Part shown: piece by piece, positions 1 through 9,186 of the stretch | Position numbering within the stretch: position 1 is the stretch's first letter | How the letters are laid out: each line of letters opens with the position of its first letter | Assembly: GCA_934454525.1 (NCBI GenBank) | Contig: CAKSFM010000002.1 | Location: 73,792 to 137,791, forward strand | DNA: 64,000 nt | Source: an uncultured Clostridia bacterium | Lineage (GTDB): Bacteria > Bacillota > Clostridia > UMGS1883 | Direction of reading: 5' to 3' | Made by a program: the position numbers and the translations under genes | Notes under the pieces: model-generated | Databases searched by the model: none | The model's input: only the letters and a program-made list of their open reading frames with translations | What the model was told of the DNA's origin: nothing

Positions 1-1039
1 CTCGTATTGCTTTGCGGCACAGGGCAAATACCATGGCGAACGCGCCGTCATGAGTCTTGAAACCGGCAAGCGCGCAATTGATTTTCTGATTGAAAATTCG
101 GGCGCTCACAAGAATCTTGATATCGACTTTTTCGGCGGCGAACCGCTCATGAATTGGGATGTTGTGAAGCAGCTCGTTGAATACGGACGCCGGCAGGAAA
201 AACTTCATGATAAGAACATTCGTTTCACACTTACGACAAACGGAGTTTTGCTCAATGATGAAGTTATTGATTTCTGCAACAAAGAGATGCACAATGTTGT
301 TCTGAGTCTTGACGGCAGACCCGAGGTTCACAACAGATTCAGAAAGGATTACAACGGCGTCGGGAGTTACGAAAAAATTCTTCCGAACTTCCTCAATTTC
401 TTAAAGAAGCGCGGAAACAAAAGCTACTATATGCGCGGAACATACACTCACTATAACACGGAGTTCTTAAACGACATTCTTCATATGGCGGATCTTGGGT
501 TTAAGGAACTGAGTATGGAGCCTGTTGTGTGCGACCCGTCTGACCCGTGCGCACTCACACAGGAGGATCTTCCTGTGCTTTATGACCAGTATGAAAAGCT
601 TGCCGAGGAAATGATTAAACGAAAAAAAGAGGGGCGCGGATTCACCTTCTATCACTATATGATTGACCTGACCGGCGGTCCATGCATATACAAGCGTGTT
701 GCCGGGTGCGGATCCGGCACGGAATATCTTGCCGTAACGCCGTGGGGTGAGCTTTATCCCTGTCATCAGTTTGTCGGAGACGAAAAGTACAGTATGGGCA
801 ATATTTACGACGGCGTTACGAATACAGCCGTGCGCGAAAAATTTGCCGCATGCAATGCATACACGCGCCCCGGCTGCGCCGATTGCTGGGCAAAGCTTTA
901 CTGCGCAGGCGGCTGCGCCGCAAATGCATACCATGCAACGGGGGACATTTCCGGCGTTTATGAATATGGCTGCGACCTGTTCAAAAAGCGCATTGAATGT
1001 GCGCTTGCGGTTAAGGTTGCGGAAAGCGCCGATTCGTAA
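1..1039 (+). CDS. scfB: Thioether-forming SCIFF peptide radical SAM/SPASM maturase (5' end cut by window edge)
   Basis: The frame is open from nt 2 (SYCFAAQGKYHGERAV = tail of the CxxxCxxC cluster motif), so the ATG at 50 is internal. FFGGEPLM motif present. C-terminal SPASM-type Cys clusters (GCGSG..YPCHQF; GCADCWAKLYCAGGCAANA). Strongly recalls the SCIFF maturase family from memory. Confidence 0.85.
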   Translation, partial: SYCFAAQGKYHGERAVMSLETGKRAIDFLIENSGAHKNLDIDFFGGEPLMNWDVVKQLVEYGRRQEKLHDKNIRFTLTTNGVLLNDEVIDFCNKEMHNVVLSLDGRPEVHNRFRKDYNGVGSYEKILPNFLNFLKKRGNKSYYMRGTYTHYNTEFLNDILHMADLGFKELSMEPVVCDPSDPCALTQEDLPVLYDQYEKLAEEMIKRKKEGRGFTFYHYMIDLTGGPCIYKRVAGCGSGTEYLAVTPWGELYPCHQFVGDEKYSMGNIYDGVTNTAVREKFAACNAYTRPGCADCWAKLYCAGGCAANAYHATGDISGVYEYGCDLFKKRIECALAVKVAESADS

Positions 1040-1110
1040 AAACGGACTGATGCTAATGAAGCATTGGTTCTGAACCCATATTTTCAGTTTAAATATCCGC
1101 AGCGGCAAAA

Positions 1111-1150
1111 AGGCTGCAGCAAAATGAATTTCGTTCTGCTGCAGCCTCTT
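1111..1150. terminator. Bidirectional stem-loop terminator between convergent genes
   Basis: AGGCTGCAGCA...TGCTGCAGCCT stem followed by CTTTTTAT, with an A-run on the other side. Confidence 0.7.
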
Positions 1151-1151
1151 T

Positions 1152-3503
1152 TTATACCTCATACACTTTGATTCCGTCAAGACCGATATCGTCCGTTTCC
1201 CTCTCAAACGGCAGCGTCATCTCATGATAAGTGCCTATGCGTTTTTCGCTCAAATCCGAAATATCGGAATGAACGAATGCTCTTCCGCCAACGCTTTTAA
1301 CATAAATGTCAAGCACATTATTTTTCTTCAGCACCGCGCCGTCTATTCTGCACGAAAACGGCGGCATTATCAGCTGCGCAGCGGTTGCTCCGTTTAAAAC
1401 AAGCTCTGCCGAATAGCGCGGATTATCAAGCTCTATCATAATATCCTTACCGCTCTGCGATTCAAACTCAACGCTGTATTTCATGCAGACGGGGATTCCG
1501 GCGTCATCCGTACATATCACGCCGTTTTTAACCGACAGACGGCTTACCGTCTCGCCTTTCGGCGAAAGAACCGTCTTAATCGGAGTCAATTTCGGGAATG
1601 TTTGCTTCACGCCTGAAAGCTCTTCATCTGTAAATATCACAATCACCGCTTCACCGCCCTCAAGCTCAAAGCTGTATTCCGCTGAGTCAAGTGCAAACAT
1701 CTTGCCGTTTTCCGCATTTGCCGCAAAGCCTTTCCGTTTTTCATTGAATGTCACGCAAAAGCTTTCTTTCGCGGTATTTTCATTATAAAGAACATAAATT
1801 GACGCATTATCCGTTATTCGCTTCATAACACGCAGATTTTCCGAACCGCCGCCGACAAGCGCGCCCGATATTCCGCTTTCGCTGTAGGCAAACGCACCGT
1901 CAAACGACATTCCGCCGCTCATAATATACACTCTGCCGCCTGCCGCAATAAATTTTCCGATTGTTTCCGCAGCCTTTTCGGAAATATACTTTACATTCGG
2001 AATATAAAGTTCCCGATATTCCGCAAATCCCGAACAAAGCGCACCGCCGCTGATGCGGCATCCCTCAAGGAAATCATCATCCGCAACATCAAAGTACACA
2101 CGCTGTTTCTCAAGTGCATATCCCATGGAGTAATACCCCGCGGCAGCAGCCGCATTTCCTGCCCAAAGGTCGCGCATTGGCATATAAAGCGCCGCATTAC
2201 ATACCGGTTTCCCGAGCGAGCAGACGTACATCATTCTTGAAACATATTCGTTGAATTTTTTAAGCATTGCACTGTCAAACACAGGCGGAACAAAATGCGG
2301 ACGGCACTGCCCCGAAAGGAATTTATCCCTGCCCGAGGTCACGCTCATAAAATTGATTATATTTATGCCGCGTACGAACTGATAGTTGCAGACATAGCGC
2401 ATCTCGTCATATGTAATCCCATCGCCGTAAACAGCAAAAGATTCCGACAAAGTACGCGTTTTCCCCGTCTGATTCGCCGCAGACGCAGCTATGCGCGGAA
2501 AAAACACATTGCCCTTTTTCCCGGGAAATATCTGGCGGAGAATAACATCCACACCCGGAATATCCATATTTCTCAGGTGGCGCAGCGCACCGCCCATCTG
2601 CTTTGCATATGTTTCGATTCTGTCATCACCGTCCACATGACCGGTAAGCGCAAGGCCGTTTTCCCTGCACCATGCATGAAGCTTTTGCATATAAACCCTG
2701 TCAAACCTGCGTGAACAGTAATCCATATACTCAATGCGGAAAAGTTCCGAATCACAGCCAACGTTTTTATCGAAAACGGCCGGAAGATAATCCTCGATAT
2801 TATACCCTGTGGTGTGCTCAAAATCCGCGCTGTCCTCAATGAAATATCTGTAACACGCGAGCGGCTCGTCCGTAAACATTGCCGTCAGCTTTGTGCCGAA
2901 CAAATCGCCCATGTGCTTTTTATATGCGTCATATGTGCAGCGGATAAACTCATCCGTTGCCTTGTCGTTAAGCAGCCGCGGAATCATTGTATCGAGCGTT
3001 TTTATGTTATAGACAAATACTTCCTCATCCTTTTCCGCCGTATAAGGAAGCGTAAGGCGGTTTAAATCCGAATCGAATGCACAAAGGCAGCAATCAAGTG
3101 TTTCACCCTGTTTAAGCGTTATTTTGTCCTCTGTGTATATTTTTGCGCACATATCCGGAAGCGCTTTCACAACATGACCGCACGCCATCCCCGACGGCCA
3201 TCCCCCCTCATCATACAGCCACGCGGAAATCCCGATTGAATCGGCATACAGCACTGCATATCTCACAAGCTCAAAGAATTCATCCGTAAGATATTCCGGC
3301 TGCATCTCGGTTATCATCGATGTCGGACGAAACTCTTTCGGCTCGGGAAGAATATATGTTGCCCTTATCCCCATTTCAAGCATTTCGCAAAGCTGTTTTT
3401 CAATCAGCCCGCGGTCAATGCTGCTGTTCCATATCCATGTGTAAACCGGACAAAAATCCTTTGCAAATCCGCTTTTAAATACGTTTTTATCAAATATGTT
3501 CAT
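1152..3503 (-). CDS. Putative glycoside hydrolase-like protein (family not resolved)
   Basis: Uninterrupted 783-aa ORF with no signal peptide. The N-terminal region (YILPEPKEF, WLYDEGGWPSG) recalls TIM-barrel glycosidase-like proteins of gut Firmicutes. I cannot name the family from sequence alone. Confidence 0.45.
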   Translation of the reverse strand: MNIFDKNVFKSGFAKDFCPVYTWIWNSSIDRGLIEKQLCEMLEMGIRATYILPEPKEFRPTSMITEMQPEYLTDEFFELVRYAVLYADSIGISAWLYDEGGWPSGMACGHVVKALPDMCAKIYTEDKITLKQGETLDCCLCAFDSDLNRLTLPYTAEKDEEVFVYNIKTLDTMIPRLLNDKATDEFIRCTYDAYKKHMGDLFGTKLTAMFTDEPLACYRYFIEDSADFEHTTGYNIEDYLPAVFDKNVGCDSELFRIEYMDYCSRRFDRVYMQKLHAWCRENGLALTGHVDGDDRIETYAKQMGGALRHLRNMDIPGVDVILRQIFPGKKGNVFFPRIAASAANQTGKTRTLSESFAVYGDGITYDEMRYVCNYQFVRGINIINFMSVTSGRDKFLSGQCRPHFVPPVFDSAMLKKFNEYVSRMMYVCSLGKPVCNAALYMPMRDLWAGNAAAAAGYYSMGYALEKQRVYFDVADDDFLEGCRISGGALCSGFAEYRELYIPNVKYISEKAAETIGKFIAAGGRVYIMSGGMSFDGAFAYSESGISGALVGGGSENLRVMKRITDNASIYVLYNENTAKESFCVTFNEKRKGFAANAENGKMFALDSAEYSFELEGGEAVIVIFTDEELSGVKQTFPKLTPIKTVLSPKGETVSRLSVKNGVICTDDAGIPVCMKYSVEFESQSGKDIMIELDNPRYSAELVLNGATAAQLIMPPFSCRIDGAVLKKNNVLDIYVKSVGGRAFVHSDISDLSEKRIGTYHEMTLPFERETDDIGLDGIKVYEV

Positions 3504-3642
3504 TGCCGCTGTCCTTCCTTTTTATCGAAAATGCACCTCACATTTTGTAAATATTATATCGGATTTATGCGTCACGGTCAATAAAATTTTGCTTTATTTT
3601 TCTGTATTATTATGATACACTTATATCAAAGGAGGAATCTGC

Positions 3643-4467
3643 ATGAATACGGCTTTTAAACTCAGTGATATTGAACGGCTGCGCCCGTATATAGGCGATA
3701 ATCTTTACGAATTGCAGGAATCGGCGCATCATCTTTGTCTTTCTCTCGAAAATGGAGCTTATCTGTTTAAACTTGAATACAGAAATTTGAATTCCGATAA
3801 TCTCAGGCTCTCACCTGTCACCATATATTGCAGTGACAATGATTTTCTTGTTTTTTCGGACTGTCTTTCTCTGCCCGGGGATGCAAACAACGCTCTTTCG
3901 GATTCGCCGTTCAAAATGCTTGCCCTGTTTCTTGACCGGCTGACGGAAAACGATGCCGATATACTCGATTTCTATGAATCCGAGCTTGGCAGGTTGGAGC
4001 AAAGGCTGCTAAATTCCACAAAGGAGCTTGCAAGCATCTGCGATATTACCGATGAACGGCGTGCTCTGTCACTGATTAAGCGGTACTATGACCAGCTGGA
4101 CGGCATTTTTGACACACTCGTTCAGGATGAACTCAGTTCAGTTCCGAAAAATGTTAAAACGCACTTCATCATTCTTGACCACAGACTCAGTCACCTCTGC
4201 GCAACGGTTGATCATTTGCGCGAATATATCACGCAGCTCCGTGAGGAATATCAGTCGCAGGTTGACATTGAGCAAAATGAAATTATGAAAATATTCACTG
4301 TTCTGACAGCCGTTTTTCTTCCCCTTTCGCTTATTGTCGGTTGGTACGGAATGAATTTCAAAATGCCGGAATACGGCTGGAAGCACGGCTACCTTTTTCT
4401 GATAGTCTTCAGCGTTTCAGTCTGTATTTGGACATATCGGTTTATAAAACGCAAAAAATGGTTTTAA
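3643..4467 (+). CDS. corA: CorA-family Mg2+/Co2+ transporter
   Basis: C-terminal pair of TM helices with the YGMNF (GMN) signature. GGAGG RBS upstream of the ATG. Confidence 0.85.
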   Translation: MNTAFKLSDIERLRPYIGDNLYELQESAHHLCLSLENGAYLFKLEYRNLNSDNLRLSPVTIYCSDNDFLVFSDCLSLPGDANNALSDSPFKMLALFLDRLTENDADILDFYESELGRLEQRLLNSTKELASICDITDERRALSLIKRYYDQLDGIFDTLVQDELSSVPKNVKTHFIILDHRLSHLCATVDHLREYITQLREEYQSQVDIEQNEIMKIFTVLTAVFLPLSLIVGWYGMNFKMPEYGWKHGYLFLIVFSVSVCIWTYRFIKRKKWF

Positions 4468-4469
4468 AT

Positions 4470-4508
4470 GGCAGCGGCAAAATGCAATTGCATTTTGCTG
4501 CTGCCCTA
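4470..4508 (+). terminator. Intrinsic terminator of corA
   Basis: GGCAGCGGCAAAATGCA / TGCATTTTGCTGCTGCC stem followed by CTATTT. Confidence 0.7.
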
Positions 4509-4526
4509 TTTGGGGCGAAAGAAATA

Positions 4527-4801
4527 GGCATAACAGATTCGAACACATGCGCCCAATGCTTGTTAAATTTCCGCTCAGCCGTTCTTTCGGGATTCGCAAG
4601 GCGACAGCCTTGCTTCACCCTGCAATAACCGCTGAACAAAAATTTTCCAGCGCATTGGGTCTGCGAGTTCAAAAAGAGCAAATTTTTTGCAGGAAAAGGC
4701 AAAAGCGCAGTTAATAGTTTATCTATTAACGAGCATTTTAACGCATTATTGCGACAAATTTGCCTTTTTGAACCGCATGATGTTCGAGTCTGTTATGCCT
4801 A
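4527..4801. repeat. About 275-bp nested inverted-repeat / multi-hairpin element (MITE-like or structured RNA)
   Basis: The left arm GGCATAACAGATTCGAACACATGCG-CCCAATGC pairs with GCATTGGG (about 4654) and with CGCATGATGTTCGAGTCTGTTATGCC (4776-4801). Internal stems include GTTCAAAAAGAGCAAATT/AATTTGCCTTTTTGAAC, GCAAGGC-GACA-GCCTTGC and GTTAATAG/CTATTAAC. Confidence 0.5.
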
Positions 4802-4812
4802 GTGCAGAACGG

Positions 4813-4911
4813 ACAAACTGAACCCGAAGGCGTACATAGGTACTCCGAGAGGTGAAGTTTGTTCGTAGCATAAAGCGTTTTTATAGAAATTCGTTGCATA
4901 ACGAATTTCTA
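4813..4911 (-). repeat. Intergenic hairpin-repeat element, copy 1 (inverted relative to copy 2 at 41471-41594)
   Basis: The reverse complement reads TAGAAATTCGTT-ATGC-AACGAATTTCTA hairpin, a spacer ending TGCTACGA, then ACAAACTTCACCTCTCGGAGTACCTATGTACGCCTTCGGGTTCAGTTTGT. The core matches copy 2 with few mismatches. Confidence 0.6.
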
Positions 4912-4982
4912 CATTTGGATTTTGGACTGTTTACTCTGATTTTCTATTCGCTTTATGCGTTCTGTGCATTTTGCTGATGCCC

Positions 4983-5459
4983 CTATTTGTGGTACGTTTC
5001 GTTTGCATTTATCTTAAACGCTCTGTAAATCTGTTCCTCAAGCACAAGCCGCGCAATTCTGTGCGGCAGCGTCATCGGACTGAGACTGAGCCTGAAATCC
5101 GCTCTGTTTTTAACCTCATCCCAAAGACCGAGCGAACCTCCTATAACAAAATCTATATCGCCGCCGCTGAACGAAAGCTTTTCTATCTTCTTCGCCAGCT
5201 CCTCGCTTGAGAGCATTTTGCCCTCAATGCACATTGCAATAACGCGGTCACCCCTGGCGATTTTGCTCATAATCTGCTCACCCTCAGCTCGCAGAACCGC
5301 TTCACATTCGCCCTTGGACGGATTCTCCGGAATCTTTTTGTCAGGCAGTACAATACAAGTGAGCCTGCAAAAGCGGCTGAGCCGTTTTTCATACTCGGCA
5401 AGTGCCGCCTTAAAATAGTCCTCTTTTATTTTTCCGACGCTTATAATATTGATATTCAA
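4983..5459 (-). CDS. rlmH: 23S rRNA (pseudouridine1915-N3)-methyltransferase RlmH
   Basis: 158 aa with a typical SPOUT RlmH N-terminus (MNINIISVGKIKEDYF..EY.KRL) and C-terminus (SLS.MT.PH...R..L.EQ.YRA). Confidence 0.9.
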   Translation of the reverse strand: MNINIISVGKIKEDYFKAALAEYEKRLSRFCRLTCIVLPDKKIPENPSKGECEAVLRAEGEQIMSKIARGDRVIAMCIEGKMLSSEELAKKIEKLSFSGGDIDFVIGGSLGLWDEVKNRADFRLSLSPMTLPHRIARLVLEEQIYRAFKINANETYHK

Positions 5460-6265
5460 TCGTCATGCACCATCATTTCACTTATATCACTGCGCTTTGC
5501 AACATACAGTTTTATATCCGTGCCTACATCAAATCCTGCCGCTCCAAGGCTCGCCGCAACGGCGCTGTATGCCGCTTCCGGCGTGTTATTATCGTTGCTG
5601 AGATGTGCAAGCATTATCTGCCTTACCGCCCCCTCGCGCGCAAGCCGCGCACAAAAAGCGCCGCACATTCTGTTCGAAAGATGACCGCGGTCGGACAAAA
5701 TTCTTTGCTTAAGAATTTGCGGATATGAACCGTTTATAAGCATGCGTTCATCGTGATTTGCTTCAATCACTAAAATCCCGCATTTCAAAAGCAAATCGCA
5801 GATATGGCGGTCAACAGTTCCGAGGTCTGTTGCAAGTGCACAGCATTGCCCTCCGCACGAAAATACCATGCCTATGCTTTCCGCTGCATCGTGCGAGGTT
5901 GCAAACGGCACTATCTCAGCATTTTTAATTTTAAAGGGAACATCAGCCGCTATGTAATGAATCAGTGATGTATCGATTTTTCCGATACTTCCGATCATCG
6001 CCTGCCATGTTCCCATAGTTGCATATATCGGTATGCGGAATTTCCTGCACATAACGCCGATACCCTTGATGTGATCAATATGCTCATGTGTGACTATTAT
6101 CGCATCAATCGAGTGCGCGTCAATTCCGGCTTCATCAAGCCGGACGGCGGCTGCCTTGCCTGTTATTCCGCAATCCACCATAATTTTTGCATCACCGGCG
6201 GAAACAAGCACCGAGTTTCCGCTGCTGCCCGATGACAGCGGACGCATCCAAACCTTGCCGTTCAT
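5456..6265 (-). CDS. MBL-fold metallo-hydrolase (YycJ/WalJ-like)
   Basis: HEHIDH (HxHxDH) motif and SSGSSGNS near the N-terminus. The 4-nt overlap with rlmH suggests an operon. The start could be the Met at 6247 instead. Confidence 0.8.
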   Translation of the reverse strand: MNGKVWMRPLSSGSSGNSVLVSAGDAKIMVDCGITGKAAAVRLDEAGIDAHSIDAIIVTHEHIDHIKGIGVMCRKFRIPIYATMGTWQAMIGSIGKIDTSLIHYIAADVPFKIKNAEIVPFATSHDAAESIGMVFSCGGQCCALATDLGTVDRHICDLLLKCGILVIEANHDERMLINGSYPQILKQRILSDRGHLSNRMCGAFCARLAREGAVRQIMLAHLSNDNNTPEAAYSAVAASLGAAGFDVGTDIKLYVAKRSDISEMMVHDD

Positions 6266-6279
6266 CTGTCCGTATTCTC

Positions 6280-7539
6280 CTAATCAGCCTCAAATATACG
6301 CTCAATTTTAACGCCGATGGAGCGAAGACGGCGCTCAATGTCCGAATAGCCTCTGTCAATGTAATTCGGCGATGAAATCTCCGTAACACCGTCCGCCGCA
6401 GCGCCTGCAATAATCATTGCCGCACCGCCGCGCAGATCGGTAGCGCAAACATTTGCGCCGGAAAGCGCACCGCCGTCAATTTCGGCACGTTTTCCGTCCG
6501 TGGAAATATTTGCGCCCATTTTCCGAAGCTCATCAACATACTGGAATCTGTGCTCCCACACATCCTCCGTAACGGCGCTGTGACCGTTCACCGTTGAAAG
6601 CAGTGCAACAATCTGCGGCTGCAAATCAGTCGGGAATCCGGGATATGGCATGGTGCGCACCTGAATACCGCGCAGCTCTCCGCTCCTGCGGATTCGCACT
6701 GAATCGTCATATTCCGTCACGCTGACGCCCATTTCCTCAAGCTTTGAAACAAGGCTGTCCATATGCTTCGGAATTAAATTCCGCACAAGCACATCCCCTC
6801 CTGCCGCCGCTGCAAGGATCATAAACGTTCCCGCCTCAATCTGATCGGGGATAATACTGTAGCTTCCGCCTTTCATCTCCTCAACACCCATTATGCGGAT
6901 AACGTCAGTTCCCGCACCGCGCACATTTGCACCCATAGCATTTAAGAAATTGGCAACGTCTACAATATGCGGCTCTTTCGCCGCATTTTCAATAACCGTT
7001 CTTCCGTTTGCAAGCACCGCCGCAAGCATAATATTAATCGTTGCGCCAACGCTCACCGTGTCAAGATAAATATTGTTTCCGACAAGCTTTTCAGCATCGG
7101 CAAAAACAATTCCCGAATCGACATAAACCTTTGCGCCAAGCGCACGAAAGCCTTTCTCGTGCAAATCAATCGGTCTTACGCCGAAATTGCATCCGCCCGG
7201 CAGTGCAACCTCAGCCTTGCTCATTCTTCCGAGGAGCGCCCCGAGAAGATAATAGCTCGCGCGCATTCGGCTTGCAAGCTCCGATGGAGCGATATGCGTT
7301 TTCAGGCGTGTTGAATCCACCTGGATCGTTGTGTCGTTAATATAAGTCACCTTTGCGCCGAGCTGCACAAGCATATCTATTATAAGGCGAACATCCTTAA
7401 TGTTCGGAATATTTTCTATATGACAAACGCCGTTTACAAGCAGCGTTGCAGGAATTATGGCAACTGCGGCATTTTTTGCGCCGCACACGGCTATTTCACC
7501 GAACAGCCTGCTGCCTCCTGTTATCTTTAGCTTTTCCAA
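6280..7539 (-). CDS. murA: UDP-N-acetylglucosamine 1-carboxyvinyltransferase
   Basis: 419 aa. N-terminus MEKLKITGGSRLFGEI.V.GAKNAA; active-site loop LPGGCNFGVRPIDLH with the catalytic Cys. Confidence 0.95.
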   Translation of the reverse strand: MEKLKITGGSRLFGEIAVCGAKNAAVAIIPATLLVNGVCHIENIPNIKDVRLIIDMLVQLGAKVTYINDTTIQVDSTRLKTHIAPSELASRMRASYYLLGALLGRMSKAEVALPGGCNFGVRPIDLHEKGFRALGAKVYVDSGIVFADAEKLVGNNIYLDTVSVGATINIMLAAVLANGRTVIENAAKEPHIVDVANFLNAMGANVRGAGTDVIRIMGVEEMKGGSYSIIPDQIEAGTFMILAAAAGGDVLVRNLIPKHMDSLVSKLEEMGVSVTEYDDSVRIRRSGELRGIQVRTMPYPGFPTDLQPQIVALLSTVNGHSAVTEDVWEHRFQYVDELRKMGANISTDGKRAEIDGGALSGANVCATDLRGGAAMIIAGAAADGVTEISSPNYIDRGYSDIERRLRSIGVKIERIFEAD

Positions 7540-7663
7540 AAGACTACACCTCTTCTGTTATTACTAGGCATAAAAGAATTGAACCGTACGGGGTTCGATT
7601 TTGTTATGGCTACCGCATATATCATACACTATTTTCCGTTAAAATGCAATAATTTTTAAAATT

Positions 7664-8626
7664 TTATTTTATTTCAAGCTTGTATTTTCCAGCAAAGTCT
7701 TCAGTTGTCTGATATTTGCCATCTTTCGTTATAATAATCGCGTCCGTATCGGGGAAATCACGGCAAAGCGTAAGTCCGTCAGTACCGAGAATGAAAATCG
7801 CGGTCGAAAGCGCGTCCGCATTTGCCGCACATGGCGACACAACAGTCACGGAGGCTGCATCACTTTCGGCACACGAGCCTGTCCGCGCGTCAAGAATATG
7901 ATGGTATTTTACCCCGTTATATTCAAAATAACGCTGATATGCTCCGCTTGTGACCGCATTTGTGTCACGCAGATGCATCACCGCAAAAAGTTCACCCTCC
8001 GAAAACGGACTCTGTATCCCGACAGTATATTCACCCGAAAGCATAATATTTCCGCCGAGGTCACATATAACATTATCAACACCGTTTTTATTAAAATATT
8101 CACGCAGGCGGTCGGCAATATAACCCTTGGCAATCGCACCGAGGTCTATTCTTGTTCCGCCGAGTGAGAACGGTTCAAGCGTGACGCGCTTATACCCCGT
8201 TTTTTTAAGTGCAGCAGTTATTTCCGAATCCTCCGGGGGAATTTTCCGCTCCTTTATATTCCAAAGGTCGGTGAGCGGCGCAAGCGTTATGTCAAATGCA
8301 CCGTCCGTCAGCCTCGAAAATGAAAGTCCTGTTTCGATCAGGCTCTTCAGTTCACCCTCCGGCGCTTTTATTTCTCCGCTGTTAAGTCTGAAAAGCTCAC
8401 TTTCTGAATCGGTGCGGCTGAATATTTTTTCATATCTGCGGCAGATATCAACCGCACCTTCGGCGGCTTTCTTATCCGCAGCATCGGTCGTTATTGAAAT
8501 TTCCGTATCAAGCGCAAAGGCACGGATCGTTTCACGCTTTTTTTCACATCCCGCCGCAAAAAAAAGCGCTGCCGCGGCAATCAGCGCGGCGCAGCCTTTA
8601 ATTTTTGTCATAACAAACACACTCAC
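7664..8626 (-). CDS. apbE: FAD:protein FMN transferase (ApbE family) lipoprotein
   Basis: Lipobox FFAAGC. ApbE-type motifs (FDITLAPL, GAIAKGY, GGNI, SGAYQRYF, HHILD). Confidence 0.85.
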   Translation of the reverse strand: MSVFVMTKIKGCAALIAAAALFFAAGCEKKRETIRAFALDTEISITTDAADKKAAEGAVDICRRYEKIFSRTDSESELFRLNSGEIKAPEGELKSLIETGLSFSRLTDGAFDITLAPLTDLWNIKERKIPPEDSEITAALKKTGYKRVTLEPFSLGGTRIDLGAIAKGYIADRLREYFNKNGVDNVICDLGGNIMLSGEYTVGIQSPFSEGELFAVMHLRDTNAVTSGAYQRYFEYNGVKYHHILDARTGSCAESDAASVTVVSPCAANADALSTAIFILGTDGLTLCRDFPDTDAIIITKDGKYQTTEDFAGKYKLEIK

Positions 8627-9186
8627 TTCAGATTCGGATAAAGTATTTTGTAAATTCTCATATACATGTTAATTTTTTTAATGTGGCGGTTAGTTTCCCC
8701 ATAGGGAACATTGTCAAGCCGCACACCGTCCGGCGAGCAGCTTCTGTCAGCAAGCCATTTATCAACGTTTGCCGCGCCTGCGTTATATGCGGCTGCTGCG
8801 CAGTCAACGTTTCCGTTATACCGATTCTTCAGCGACGCAAAGTACCATATACCTACGCGGATGTTTTTATCCGCGTCAAAAATATCCTCCGCAGATGCCT
8901 TAATCCCCATTTTTTCGGAGCAGTAAAGAAATGTTTCCTCGGTAATCTGCATTATCCCATACGCACCGGCATGACTTACCGCCGATATATCAAAATTGCT
9001 TTCAGCCTTTATAAGAGCCGCCGAAAGGCACGGATCAATGCCGTATTCTCTTGAATAAATCTCTATATACTGAGCATATTTAAGCGGAAAAAGCCTGTAT
9101 GCAGCAAACACAGCCACCGTTACCGTCAGCAAAGCAGCCAGAACGCAAATTGCAGTCCTCAGCATAAAATTTACGGTTTTACGCAT
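8623..9186 (-). CDS. Lytic transglycosylase (SLT domain), membrane anchored
   Basis: SLT motifs (AESNF....S.AGA.GIMQI, AAYNAG) after an N-terminal TM helix. I chose the start MRKTVNF (9186) because the longer ORF (to 9327) overlaps coaE by about 150 nt. Confidence 0.8.
   Translation of the reverse strand: MRKTVNFMLRTAICVLAALLTVTVAVFAAYRLFPLKYAQYIEIYSREYGIDPCLSAALIKAESNFDISAVSHAGAYGIMQITEETFLYCSEKMGIKASAEDIFDADKNIRVGIWYFASLKNRYNGNVDCAAAAYNAGAANVDKWLADRSCSPDGVRLDNVPYGETNRHIKKINMYMRIYKILYPNLK

Noticed and set aside
3504-3642. Possible Mg2+ (M-box) riboswitch upstream of corA
   Set aside because: The leader is only about 140 nt and AT-rich, with a plausible TTGCTT-16-TATGAT promoter. It shows none of the multi-helix GC-rich structure expected of an M-box.
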